Below are positions 1-16,135 of a stretch of DNA of 64,000 bases, in pieces. The translations under genes were made by a program, and so were the position numbers. The DNA lies in NCBI GenBank assembly GCA_029257385.1, contig JARIBS010000001.1:8748-72747 (forward strand). Direction: 5' to 3'. Below the pieces are notes generated by a model. The model saw only the letters and a list, made by a program, of their open reading frames with translations. It was not told where the DNA came from and made no database searches. The DNA comes from Thiorhodococcus sp. (GTDB taxonomy: Bacteria > Pseudomonadota > Gammaproteobacteria > Chromatiales > Chromatiaceae). Numbering within the stretch: position 1 is the first letter of the stretch; every line of letters starts with the position of its first letter.

Positions 1-1
1 G

Positions 2-1177
2 GTGGGCGAGATCCTTAAAGAAGATGCGGATATGCGCACCCGGCCTGGCCCTGACCAAGCGCTTGTTCATATAGGCCTCCCAGGTCAGGAGCTGGACGTC
101 AGGATCGGCACACATACTGACGAAACGCTCGCGGCGCTTGTCGTTGGCGTACCAGAAATGCTGCATGATGCCGAGCATCCAAAACACTTTGCCATGGGCC
201 TTCATAAAGCGTTGACGCGCTTGCTTTAGCACCTTTGGATTGCCCGAGGTGCAGAATTCATGCACGGCTTCTGCTGCAAGGCGTCCGCCGGTCATCGCGT
301 AATAGATCCCTTCGCCAGATGAGGGTGCGACGACACCCGCAGCGTCACCCGCCAGCAGGATGTCGCGGCCGTTGTCCCAACGCTTGAGCGGCTCGAGCGG
401 AAGAGGCGCGCCTTCGCGTCTGAGGGTTTCGGCCTGATCCAGCCCGGCGCGCCGACGCAGTTCGGTGCAGGCTGAGCGCAGCGAGAAGCCCGGCACGGCG
501 GTGCCGACGCCAACACTGATGGTGTCGCCATGCGGGAAAACCCAGCCATAGAAGTCTGGCGAGATGTCGCCCTGGTAGTAGACGTCGCAGCGGGTATTGT
601 CGAAGTCGCCGGTGGTTGGTGTGCGCACGATCTCGTGATAGGCCGAGACGTGCTTGAGGCTCGCCGAACTCGGAATATGGTGCTTGGCGACCAACGAGTT
701 GGCGCCGTCGGCCCCGATGACGGCGCGCGCGCGCACGCTTTCGCTTTCGCTGTCGCCGTTGCCGCGCCCCTGACCAGGGCGATAGCAGACGAGGGCCATG
801 CCATCGCTATCGCGCTCGATCTTTTCAAACGTTCCAGCGCGGCGCACGGCACCGCTCTCGGCGGCGCGTTCTCTCAACCACTCATCGAAATGCTCGCGGT
901 CCACCATGCCGACATAGCCGCCATTGATCGGCATGTCGACCTCGCGATCGGAGGGCGAGATCATCCGTGCGGAGTAGACCTTGTTGGCGAGAATCGATTC
1001 TGGGATATCGAAATCGCGCATGGCTTGCGGTGGGATGGCGCCGCCACAGGGCTTAATGCGCCCGGCGCGGTCCAGCAGCAGCACGGAGCGCCCGAGCTTG
1101 GCCAGGTCGTTTGCTGCGGTCGCCCCAGAGGGTCCGCCACCGATGATGACAACGTCGAAAGTTTCGCGATTTGACAT
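2..1177 (-). CDS. bchP: geranylgeranyl reductase BchP (C-terminal end cut by window edge, about 392 codons present)
   Basis: Absent from the ORF track because no stop lies inside the window. Manual minus-strand translation from ATG 1177-1175 gives MSNRETFDVVIIGGGPSGATAANDLAK (FAD GxGxxG) ... LLAGDAAGVVAPSSGEGIYYAM ... FWMLGIMQHFWY. Directly downstream of bchG. Confidence 0.85.
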   Translation of the reverse strand, partial: MSNRETFDVVIIGGGPSGATAANDLAKLGRSVLLLDRAGRIKPCGGAIPPQAMRDFDIPESILANKVYSARMISPSDREVDMPINGGYVGMVDREHFDEWLRERAAESGAVRRAGTFEKIERDSDGMALVCYRPGQGRGNGDSESESVRARAVIGADGANSLVAKHHIPSSASLKHVSAYHEIVRTPTTGDFDNTRCDVYYQGDISPDFYGWVFPHGDTISVGVGTAVPGFSLRSACTELRRRAGLDQAETLRREGAPLPLEPLKRWDNGRDILLAGDAAGVVAPSSGEGIYYAMTGGRLAAEAVHEFCTSGNPKVLKQARQRFMKAHGKVFWMLGIMQHFWYANDKRRERFVSMCADPDVQLLTWEAYMNKRLVRARPGAHIRIFFKDLAH

Positions 1178-1238
1178 GAGAGATCTCGTCGGTAGTTGGG
1201 GGTGACGCGCCTGTCGGTATGACATCGCGCTGCGGATG

Positions 1239-2144
1239 CTATTGGACCAGCGCGCGCACGGCAAAGGCGCTGATCATCATGCCGGTGACATAGACACTGA
1301 CGCCCAGCCCGCTAAACCAGGTGGCCCGCTCGCGCGGACTGCCCAGGAAACGGATCATGAGACCAACCTGGATCAGCAAAACGACGCCAACAGCGATCGC
1401 ATGAGTGGGTTTATCCCAGGCGAAGAGCAGGGCGATCACGACGGCTTGAGGCAGCCCCATGACCAGGCAGGCGAGGCGCGCCGCACCATCGACTCCGAGC
1501 TGGACCGGTAGTGAGCGGACGTTCATCTGGATGTCGCCCTCAATTGCTTTGAAGTCGTTTAAGGTCATGATGCCGTGTGCGCCGATGCTGTAGAGCAGCG
1601 CCAGGGTCAGGATCTGCCACTCGGGCATGGCACCGCCGATCATCACCGCCGCGCCCGTGACCCAGGCCAGTCCTTCGTAAGAGAGCCCGACTGCGAGATT
1701 GCCCCACCAGCCATTGCCTTTGAGTCTGAGTGGCGGTGCGCTGTAGATCCACGCCAGCACCATGCCGAGCAGCGCGGCGCCAAACACCCAGGGACCGAGC
1801 GCGTAGGCCAGCATCAGCGAGAGCGCCGTCCAGATCAATGCCAGATACAGGCCCCAGCGCCCGGGAATACGCCCCGACGGAATAGGGCGGTCGGGCTCAT
1901 TGATGGCGTCGACGTGACGATCGTACCAGTCGTTGACGACTTGGCTCGTCCCGCACATGAGCGGGCCGGCAAGGATAACGCCCGCGACGATCACCAGCCA
2001 CTGCTCCAAAATGGGCGCTCCGGAGGAGACCACGCCGCAACTGAAGGCCCACATGGGTGGAAACCAGGTGATTGGATGAAGAACTTCGAAAACCGCCGAT
2101 GGCGCGGGTAGGGTCGAGCTTTTAGATACCGTCGTTCGATTCAT
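1239..2144 (-). CDS. bchG: bacteriochlorophyll synthase BchG (UbiA-type prenyltransferase)
   Basis: 301-aa ORF with ATG start, multi-TM, Asp-rich prenyltransferase motif NDWYDRHVDAINEPDRPIPSG. Lies between ppsR and bchP. Confidence 0.9.
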   Translation of the reverse strand: MNRTTVSKSSTLPAPSAVFEVLHPITWFPPMWAFSCGVVSSGAPILEQWLVIVAGVILAGPLMCGTSQVVNDWYDRHVDAINEPDRPIPSGRIPGRWGLYLALIWTALSLMLAYALGPWVFGAALLGMVLAWIYSAPPLRLKGNGWWGNLAVGLSYEGLAWVTGAAVMIGGAMPEWQILTLALLYSIGAHGIMTLNDFKAIEGDIQMNVRSLPVQLGVDGAARLACLVMGLPQAVVIALLFAWDKPTHAIAVGVVLLIQVGLMIRFLGSPRERATWFSGLGVSVYVTGMMISAFAVRALVQ

Positions 2145-2194
2145 GCGGGGAACCTGTGTTCAGCCCAGCGCGGGCCGATTTCTGTTCTTGAATG

Positions 2195-2206
2195 TTGATA
2201 CATCAA
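2195..2206. promoter_or_regulatory. TTGAT-AC-ATCAA inverted repeat in the ppsR-bchG spacer
   Basis: 5-bp arms are perfectly complementary and sit about 50 nt upstream of the bchG ATG on the minus strand. No factor can be assigned. Confidence 0.2.
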
Positions 2207-2291
2207 AGCGCTTACAGGCTCGCGTGCGCCCGGCGAGCCGGGGCACTTGCTCTTTCGAGCGTTCCTCGGGCTGCCTGATTGGGCGTGTCGT

Positions 2292-3725
2292 TTATTTCTT
2301 AGATGCCCCCGCAGCCCCGGATGCCTGATCGGCTACGATACCGTAGCGGTCGATTTTGACGTACAGGCTTTGCCGACTCAACCCCAGCAGTTCTGCTGCC
2401 GACGCACGATTGTCCCCGGTCAACTTCAACGCGGCCTCAATGCAGAGACGCTCAATGGTATCGGTGGATTCGCGCACCAGCTCCTTGAGCGGAACCCGCC
2501 CGACGCGATCGGTCAGTTGATCGAGCCAGCGGGTTTGCTCTGGGCTAACCGGTTGCTCGACGCTCAGACGTCGACCGATGTCGCGGATGAAGAAACCGAA
2601 GTACGGGCGCTCGCTGTTGCGCACAGCGACGGCCGAGATTTCGACATCGGTCGCGGAGCCATACTCTCCGCGCAGCGTGGTCGCGAATAGCCGCACCGTC
2701 GTATGCTGGCGCAGATTTGCCATGAGTACATTGAGATCGACGCCTGGCCGACCGAGCCAGCGATCGAGCGTTTCGCCTCTTGCCTGTTGCTCCGTGGCGA
2801 TTTCAGCCAGACTTAGGAACGTGCTGTTGGCGGTTAAGATTCGGCCATCCGCATCGGTGATGACCACACAATCCGGGGCGTTTTCGAGCACACGCAGATA
2901 ACGGGCCTTGGCATCAGGCAATGTATTGATTGCCGCATTGGCGAGCGCGGGAGAGAGCCGCACCAAGAGGAAAGAGGCATTCTCCTGTCGCAGCAAAGAC
3001 GCTGAGACGAGAAATTCTTGCAGACCGTCGGTCATCTTTGCTTTGACGTCATCGGCGCGGCCGGCTGCGCGCACGCCAGCGAGCAGCCCATTGATGGCCT
3101 GAGTGCTTTCGTTGTCGAAACCCTCGGGGAAGGGTCGTCCGATTATACGCGCGGGCGTCTCGCCGAGGAGTTGACCCGCGGCTGGATTGGCCTCGACTAC
3201 ACGTTGCGTCGGGGCGTCGATGATGAGGATTGCTTCGGCAACCATCCGAAACAGCAGCCGATAGCGCGTCTCCACTTGACGAAAACGCCAATAATCCCGC
3301 TCCAGTGCCTGCTGGGCGTCGACGAGTTGTTGCTGAAGCGCCGCCATGCCTTGGAGGTTGCGCCCCATGGCGATAATAGAGCCGGACTCGCTCAGGCGCA
3401 GGGCGCGATACTGGATGGGAATCTCGACACCGCCCGCGCCCGCGTGAGTGACCTGCCGCCAGCGTGTGAGGCTCTGCTGTCCCGCATCGCTTAAGAGCGC
3501 CTCAAGGCTTGGTCGGGTTTCCGGCGAGACGGTTGACAGCCAAGGCTGACCGATCCAATCGGCACTAAAATCGGATAGGAAGTCATCGTCGCCAAAGGCG
3601 ACATCATTGACAACACCCGCCGCGTCGACGACGACGGCGATATCAGCCATGCCCTCGATTAAGGCAGCCGCAGTCCCGGCGTCTAAGGTGCCGAGACTCT
3701 CGCTAGGTGCTCTGAATGGGCTCAC
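2292..3725 (-). CDS. ppsR: PpsR/CrtJ-type repressor of photosystem genes (PAS repeats plus C-terminal Fis-type HTH)
   Basis: 477 aa, GTG start with GGAGA upstream. C-terminus LKLTGDNRASAAELLGLSRQSLYVKIDRYGI is a Fis-type HTH and the body is PAS-like. Position next to bchG and divergent from bchF is typical. Confidence 0.85.
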   Translation of the reverse strand: MSPFRAPSESLGTLDAGTAAALIEGMADIAVVVDAAGVVNDVAFGDDDFLSDFSADWIGQPWLSTVSPETRPSLEALLSDAGQQSLTRWRQVTHAGAGGVEIPIQYRALRLSESGSIIAMGRNLQGMAALQQQLVDAQQALERDYWRFRQVETRYRLLFRMVAEAILIIDAPTQRVVEANPAAGQLLGETPARIIGRPFPEGFDNESTQAINGLLAGVRAAGRADDVKAKMTDGLQEFLVSASLLRQENASFLLVRLSPALANAAINTLPDAKARYLRVLENAPDCVVITDADGRILTANSTFLSLAEIATEQQARGETLDRWLGRPGVDLNVLMANLRQHTTVRLFATTLRGEYGSATDVEISAVAVRNSERPYFGFFIRDIGRRLSVEQPVSPEQTRWLDQLTDRVGRVPLKELVRESTDTIERLCIEAALKLTGDNRASAAELLGLSRQSLYVKIDRYGIVADQASGAAGASKK

Positions 3726-4119
3726 GATGAACCGGCTCTCCGCTGCTTCGTTGACGCACCCTCGGATTTCATTGCACTCAAGCTTTGCAGTGGCTGTATC
3801 GCCAGCCCGCTGAGCTTACTTGGGTCTGTACTGCGCGATGGGGTGGGCGTGCGCGCCCGGATTTCGTCGCCATGTCTTGTTGCTCGTCAACTGATCGGGC
3901 CGCGCCGCTGGTGCTGCCTGTGGATCACCTCTATCCTTGCCAATTCGGTCGCGTCCGACACGCGCCGAACGACCGACCCGCGCGCAAGAATCGGGGCGGC
4001 GGTGAAGGATTATTCATGAGCGGAATTGAGGTGTTTTGACACTCGACACTCTCAAATAGAGCGCGCACCAACCCTCCGATCAGGAATCTGCACCTTATTG
4101 TGATGGCTCGCGCCGGGTT

Positions 4120-4151
4120 GTCAAGTCAGCTTTACGTAAAGTTTGGTTGAC
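4120..4151. promoter_or_regulatory. candidate operator: GTCAA-N5-CTTTACGTAAAG-N5-TTGAC composite dyad
   Basis: Perfect 12-bp palindrome at 4130-4141, flanked symmetrically by 5-bp inverted arms. The right arm overlaps the candidate -35 of the bchF operon. Confidence 0.3.
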
Positions 4152-4175
4152 GCATGCTGTAAAGCGGACTAGATT
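4147..4175 (+). promoter_or_regulatory. candidate sigma70-type promoter of the bchF operon (TTGACG-N17-TAGATT)
   Basis: Hexamers read directly from the sequence with 17-nt spacing, 17-59 nt upstream of the two possible bchF starts. Confidence 0.3.
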
Positions 4176-4191
4176 TCTGCATATGATTTAA

Positions 4192-6038
<1,847 letters not shown>

Positions 6039-6042
6039 TGTT

Positions 6043-7597
6043 ATGCAGTTGACCCTCTGGTCTTACGAAGGTCCGCCGCATATCGGCGCAATGCGCGTTG
6101 CCGCCTCAATGGAGGGCGTGCACCTGTTGCTGCATGCGCCTCAGGGCGATACCTATGCCGACCTGCTGTTTACCATGATTGCGCGCGACGCACAGCGCCC
6201 GCCAGTGAGCTACACCAGCTTCCAAGCGCGTGAACTTGGCAGCGATACGGCAGAACTGGTCACAGGCATGATCCAGGAGACTTACGCGCGCTTTAAGCCG
6301 CGCGTCCTGATGGTTGGTGAGACATGCACGGCTGAGCTGATCCAGGATCAACCAGGCACCCTTGCTCAGGGTATGGGGCTGACGGTCCCAGTGCTGTCGC
6401 TGGAGCTTCCGGCATACACCCGCAAGGAGAACTGGGGCGCAAACGAGACCTTCTACCAATTGGTGCGCGGACTGCTGAAGAGCCAGGTGCCGGCGCCAGA
6501 CTCCGAGCCGCGCGCGCGCCCGCCCGGCCAGCGACCCAAGGCCAATCTACTCGGTGCTTCGGCACTGGGATTTCGCTGTCGCGACGATGTCGTCGAGGTC
6601 ACGCGACTGCTGGATTCGGTCGGCGTTGATGTCAATGTGGTTGCCCCGCTCGGCGCCAGCCCCGAGGATCTCATGCGCATCCCCGAGGCGGACTTCAACA
6701 TCTGCATGTATCCGGAAGTGGCCGATCAGAGCTGCCTGTGGCTTGAACGGATGTTCGCTCAGCCAACGGTCAAGACGGTGCCGATCGGCATCGGCGCAAC
6801 ACGCGACTTTCTCCAGGAAGTCGGGCGTATCGCCAAGATCGACATCGACACGACGCAAGATCCGATCTGGTCTAGAATGCCGTGGTACTCGCGCTCCGTG
6901 GACTCGACCTATCTCACGGGTAAACGTGTCTTTATATTCGCCGATGCAACGCATGCACTCGCCGCCGCGCGCATTGCGGTCGAGGAGCTCGGCTTTACAC
7001 TCGTCGGACTGGGGACCTATTCCCGTGAGTTCGCGCGCGATGTGCGTGAAGCGGCCAAGCGCTATGGGGTGGAGGCGCTGATCACGGACGACTATCTGGA
7101 GGTGGAGGCCAAAGTCGCCGAACTGCATCCTGAACTGATGCTCGGCACCCAGATGGAGCGACATATCGCCAAACGCTTAGGCGTTGCCTGCGCGGTGATC
7201 TCGGCACCCGTACATGTCCAGGACTTTCCCGCGCGGTATGCCCCGCAAATGGGCTTCGAGGGCGCTAACGTCATTTTCGACACCTGGGTCCATCCACTGA
7301 TGATGGGGCTGGAAGAACATCTGATCACCATGTTTCGCGAGGATTTCGAGTTCCACGATTCAGCAACGCCGTCGCATCTGGGAAGCAGCGCGACCGTGGG
7401 TGGCCGGAGCACAAGCCGTCCCGAGCAGCCGGGCGAGGACGCCGTCCCGACCGACGAGACGAGCATGGCTTGGGCATCGGAAGCCGAGCAGGAACTGAGA
7501 AAGATCCCGTTCTTCGTGCGCGGAAAAGCGCGGCGCAATACCGAGCGCTTTGCACAGGAACGCGGTATCCAGACAATTACTGTGGAGACGCTCTACG

Positions 7598-7623
<26 letters not shown>
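6043..7623 (+). CDS. bchB: light-independent protochlorophyllide reductase subunit B
   Basis: 526 aa, starts [21 protein letters not shown]-terminus [18 protein letters not shown] is typical of BchB/ChlB. Confidence 0.95.
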
Positions 7624-12239
<4,616 letters not shown>

Positions 12240-12240
<1 letters not shown>

Positions 12241-12941
12241 TGACGAATGGTTCTTATCAAGAGCGGCGCGCAGCGATCGAGACTTATTTTGATCGAACGG
12301 CCTCTGATGCATGGTCGAAACTGACGTCCGATGCCAAAGTCAGCAAGATCCGCGAAACGGTGCGTGCTGGCCGAGACGATATGCGCCACACTTTGCTCGA
12401 ATGGCTACCGGCAGACCTGACCGGAAAGCGTCTGCTTGATGCCGGTTGCGGCACTGGCGCGCTGGCCGTCGAGGCGGCGCGACGCGGCGCCGAAGTGCTC
12501 GCGATCGATGTGGCGCCAACTCTGATAGACATCGCCCGAGAACGCGCACCGACTGATCTGGGTCAAGGTTCCGTGACATTTCAGGCGGGAGATATGCTTG
12601 ATCCTGTACATGGGCAGTTCGATCATGTAGTCGCTATGGACTCACTCATTCATTATTGTCCAAACGACGTCGTCAAGGTGCTCACAGGACTAGCACAGAG
12701 AACGCGCGGCTCGATCCTGTTTACCTTCGCGCCGAAGACCGTGCCGCTGGCTATCATGCATGCGGCCGGTCGTTTCTTTCCCCGCGGAGACCGCGCGCCG
12801 GCCATCGAGCCGGTGAGTATGGGGGCGCTGAGAAGCTTGATCGCTGCGCAGTCCGATCTGCGTGGCTGGGCGCCAAACAGAACACGACGGATTGCCGTTG
12901 GATTCTACACGTCTCAGGCGTTGGAGTTATCGGCGATCTGA
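12240..12941 (+). CDS. bchM: Mg-protoporphyrin IX methyltransferase BchM
   Basis: SAM motif LLDAGCGTGALAVEAARRGA and N-terminal YQERRAAIETYFDRTA. The ATG at 12240 shares one base with the bchL TGA; the ORF track starts 3 nt earlier at TTG. Confidence 0.9.
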
Positions 12942-13266
12942 GGCCTTGCATGACAGTGCCTTGAAGTCATTGAGATGGATGTTTTTGGGTGCATTCAGCA
13001 CTGAGTATGCTGCCTGCACCTGCGAGAAAGGGTAATTGCTTGAATCACCAGCAAGCGCCCTTTAGGGTTGAGCTGAATCGGGATATCCGGTTTGTTCACC
13101 CGCTATGGAGTAATCTATAGCATTGAGAGCGTTTTGATTTTCGCCACGCTGCTCGCCACTGGTTCCGTTTGCGTGTACAGGGAAAGGATGCGGTGTCCAG
13201 AGCGGTCTTCGCGTAACGGTCTAGCTGGCTGTTCCGGCTAGCCATTTGTCCCACGGAGGTTACATC

Positions 13267-14040
13267 ATGTCTGCTGCTTATATCGACGTTGCTCAATTGA
13301 CGATCTGGGCGTTTTGGTTCTTCTTTGCCGGGCTTATCTTCTATCTGCGCCAAGAAGATAAGCGCGAAGGTTATCCGCTCGATTCAGACCGTACCGAGCG
13401 CTCCGGAGGCCGTGTCAAGGTCGTCGGATTTCCGGACCTACCCAAGCCTAAGACGTTCATTCGGCCCCATAATGCTGGAACCGTTATGGCGCCACGCGAA
13501 GAAGCGCCATCCACGAAGATCAATGCCACACCTTCGGCAGGTTTCCCCGGTGCTCCCTTCGATCCGGTTGGCGATCCGATGGTCTCGGGCTTTGGCCCCT
13601 CGGCATCCCCCGATCGCGTCAAGCACTGCGACCTGACGGTTGAAGGTGTGCCTAAGATCGTGCCGATGCGTGTAGCCACTGACTTTAGCATCTCAGAGAG
13701 AGATCCAGATCCACGTGGTATGACAGTGATTGGCCTCGACAGTAAGGTCGCTGGAACCGTCACGGATGTGTGGGTCGACCGTTGCGAACCACAGATTCGT
13801 TATCTTGAGATTAAGGTTGCCGCAGGCGGCAAGCAGGCGCTGCTGCCGATTACCTTCTGCCGCTTCAACAAAAAGGCGCGCACCATCAAGGTTCGGGCGA
13901 TCAAGGCGGAACATTTCAAGAATGTGCCCGCGCTGTCCAAGCCCGATCAAATCACACTCTACGAAGAAGACAAGGTCACCGCCTACTATGGCGGCGGAAC
14001 ATTCTATGCGACTGCGGAACGTTCCGCTCCCTTCTTGTGA
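13267..14040 (+). CDS. puhA: photosynthetic reaction centre H subunit
   Basis: GGAGG at 13255-13259 precedes ATG 13267. N-terminal [30 protein letters not shown] and a PRC-barrel-like C-terminal half. Confidence 0.9.
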   Translation: MSAAYIDVAQLTIWAFWFFFAGLIFYLRQEDKREGYPLDSDRTERSGGRVKVVGFPDLPKPKTFIRPHNAGTVMAPREEAPSTKINATPSAGFPGAPFDPVGDPMVSGFGPSASPDRVKHCDLTVEGVPKIVPMRVATDFSISERDPDPRGMTVIGLDSKVAGTVTDVWVDRCEPQIRYLEIKVAAGGKQALLPITFCRFNKKARTIKVRAIKAEHFKNVPALSKPDQITLYEEDKVTAYYGGGTFYATAERSAPFL

Positions 14041-14708
14041 GGGAGTACGACTTCGAGCCCGTTCGGGGCCTGCCAGAGCAGCTTCCTCCCGGTGAGGAAT
14101 TGCTCTGGCAGGGCGCGCCGCGCTGGACAGCCCTAGCGCGGCGCGCTTTTCATGTCCGAAAGGTCGCGATATATTTCGCGTTGCTCGCAGTCTTGCGCAT
14201 CGCCGTGGACTGGTCAGACGGGCTGTCCATGGCGAGCCTGTTCCAAGGCATTTCCTGGATTCTAGTACTAGCCGTTGCATCCATTGGCGCTTTGGCGCTG
14301 CTTGCATGGGCGATGGGACGTACGACGATCTACACGATCACCAATCAGCGCGTGGTCATGCGTATCGGCGTTGCGCTTCCGATGATGATGAACCTGCCTT
14401 TCAAACAGGTTCTTACCGCAGATCTTAAGATCTATGAGGACGGTACAGGGGATATTCCACTTTTACTGGCGCAGTCGGTGAAGCCCTCTTATACGATCTT
14501 TTGGCCGCACACGCGTCCCTGGCATTTTTCGCCGCCTCAACCCATGCTTCGTGCGATTCCCGATGCAGCCGCAGTCGCCGCGACCCTTGCTGGTGCACTC
14601 AAGGCCTATTCGGAGCAGTCAGAGCAAGCGGAAGAGACCACTGTCCCACCGGCTGTCGTTCGCAACTCCGGCTCTGTATTGGTCTCTAAGGGCGAGCCAC
14701 TATCCTGA
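14037..14708 (+). CDS. puhB: photosynthetic complex assembly protein PuhB
   Basis: 223 aa, GTGA overlap with puhA. Pattern [22 protein letters not shown] followed by TM segments is typical of PuhB. Synteny puhA-B-C. Confidence 0.8.
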   Translation: MREYDFEPVRGLPEQLPPGEELLWQGAPRWTALARRAFHVRKVAIYFALLAVLRIAVDWSDGLSMASLFQGISWILVLAVASIGALALLAWAMGRTTIYTITNQRVVMRIGVALPMMMNLPFKQVLTADLKIYEDGTGDIPLLLAQSVKPSYTIFWPHTRPWHFSPPQPMLRAIPDAAAVAATLAGALKAYSEQSEQAEETTVPPAVVRNSGSVLVSKGEPLS

Positions 14709-14720
14709 AGAGGTCAATCA

Positions 14721-15176
14721 GTGAGTGATGGATTCGAAGGACGCACTTTCCCCAAGGGCGTCCTCATAGCCGTTGCGGCCTTGATAGGCTTCACGATCAT
14801 CATGATCAGCGTCGCGCGGCTCACCGGTTTCATGATGCCGCAGGAGCCGGTTACCGCTGAGTTGTACGCACGCGATATCAGTTTCGTCGAGCAAGATGAC
14901 GGCTCAATGTTCGTGATCGATGTTGACACGGATGAGCTGATTCAAACCCTGCCTCCCGGCAGCGAAGGCTTCATTCGTGGTGTGCTCAGGAGCATAGCGC
15001 GACAGCGCAATGGGTATGAAGCGCCGCTTTCCGAGCCTTTGCACCTGGCACGCCGAGAAAACGGAAGCCTGACTTTAGAGGATCCGGTGACCGGAATTTT
15101 GCTCGACCTCCGAGCTTTCGGCGAGACTAACGAGGCGGCTTTCGCCAGCCTCATACCGCCGCCACAGGATCGATAA
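14721..15176 (+). CDS. puhC: photosynthetic complex assembly protein PuhC
   Basis: 151 aa, GTG start after GAAGAGG, single N-terminal TM. Assigned by position after puhB. Confidence 0.75.
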   Translation: MSDGFEGRTFPKGVLIAVAALIGFTIIMISVARLTGFMMPQEPVTAELYARDISFVEQDDGSMFVIDVDTDELIQTLPPGSEGFIRGVLRSIARQRNGYEAPLSEPLHLARRENGSLTLEDPVTGILLDLRAFGETNEAAFASLIPPPQDR

Positions 15177-15325
15177 AAATACACTGCCTGCCGGGTGCTC
15201 CGCCGCGAGCAGGAGCGCCCGTTCGCGACCGGAATCCGATGTCGTGTAGGCTGAGGATCGCGATCTTTAAGCTTTCAGATCGCAAGTGCTCAGGTCCATA
15301 TCTGCTCGGGAGTCGGGTTTAGTCC

Positions 15326-16135
15326 ATGTCTGATTTCGGTTTTCCTGTACTGTACGCTCTTGGGTTATGGTGGTTTAGTACGGGCGTCGTGCTCTATCTC
15401 GACAACCTTCCTGGTCGCACCTATCGCTGGACACTGCTGGGCGGCACTGTCGTTATGGCGGTCGCAATTTTTGGGTTGATCGCCAGCAGCCAATCGATGA
15501 CACACCTCAGCACCTATACCGCCTTTTCTTGTGGTGTAGTGATCTGGGGCGTTCTGGAGATGAGCTATTTCACCGGATTTGCCACTGGGCCACGTAGGGC
15601 GCCCTGCCCACCGGGCTGCTCGAAGTGGCGACGCTTTGGTTTGGCGATACTCACCAGCCTTTACCATGAGCTTGCCATTATCACGACTGCGCTGTTCCTG
15701 GCTCTAATCACCTGGAACGAGCCCAATCAAACGGGCACCTGGACTTTTGTCGTGCTGTGGCTGATGCGCTGGAGCGCCAAGCTCAATCTCTTTCTCGGTG
15801 TTCCGAACCTCAATGAAGACTGGCTGCCCGAACATTTGCGCTATCTAAAGACCTATATGGTCAAGCGTCCGATGAATTTGCTGTTTCCAGTTTCGGTGAC
15901 CGTGGCGACTGTAATCGCTGTCTTGATCGTCCTCGAAGCCATGGTGCTAGAGATGGCTGGCGCGCCGGCCGTGGGCTTGGTGCTGATTGCCACGCTCTTG
16001 TCGTTGGCGATCCTTGAACATTGGTTTCTTGTGCTGCCACTGCCTGACGATGCGTTATGGGCATGGGCACTGCCACCTCACCAAGACGAGGTTGGTTCCA
16101 GTCAACAATCTCCGTCTGAAGGCGGGAGATTGTGA
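15326..16135 (+). CDS. puhE: photosynthetic complex assembly protein 2 (PuhE)
   Basis: 269 aa polytopic membrane protein starting FPVLYALGLWWFSTGVVLYLDNLP. Synteny after puhC. Confidence 0.8.
   Translation: MSDFGFPVLYALGLWWFSTGVVLYLDNLPGRTYRWTLLGGTVVMAVAIFGLIASSQSMTHLSTYTAFSCGVVIWGVLEMSYFTGFATGPRRAPCPPGCSKWRRFGLAILTSLYHELAIITTALFLALITWNEPNQTGTWTFVVLWLMRWSAKLNLFLGVPNLNEDWLPEHLRYLKTYMVKRPMNLLFPVSVTVATVIAVLIVLEAMVLEMAGAPAVGLVLIATLLSLAILEHWFLVLPLPDDALWAWALPPHQDEVGSSQQSPSEGGRL

Noticed and set aside
292-1174. ORF-track entries 292-852(-), 530-1174(+), 961-1152(-), 981-1205(+) and 2-229(+)
   Set aside because: All overlap the much better supported bchP frame (minus strand, 2-1177), which the track misses because it has no stop in the window. 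Their products are low-complexity Ala/Arg/Pro-rich, typical of off-frame GC-rich DNA.
3785-4039. 84-aa ORF in the ppsR-bchF divergent region
   Set aside because: No SD, Arg/Pro/Cys-rich composition, and it lies in a region expected to be regulatory.
7550-7597. Upstream extension of bchH (start at 7550)
   Set aside because: It would overlap bchB by 74 nt and adds non-conserved residues. ATG 7598 gives the expected BchH N-terminus.
15177-15325. A puhD-like small ORF between puhC and puhE
   Set aside because: Only 17- and 27-codon frames without an SD exist. The gap instead contains two hairpins (for example GCGATCT-N10-AGATCGC at 15260-15283) that are more likely mRNA-stability or processing elements.
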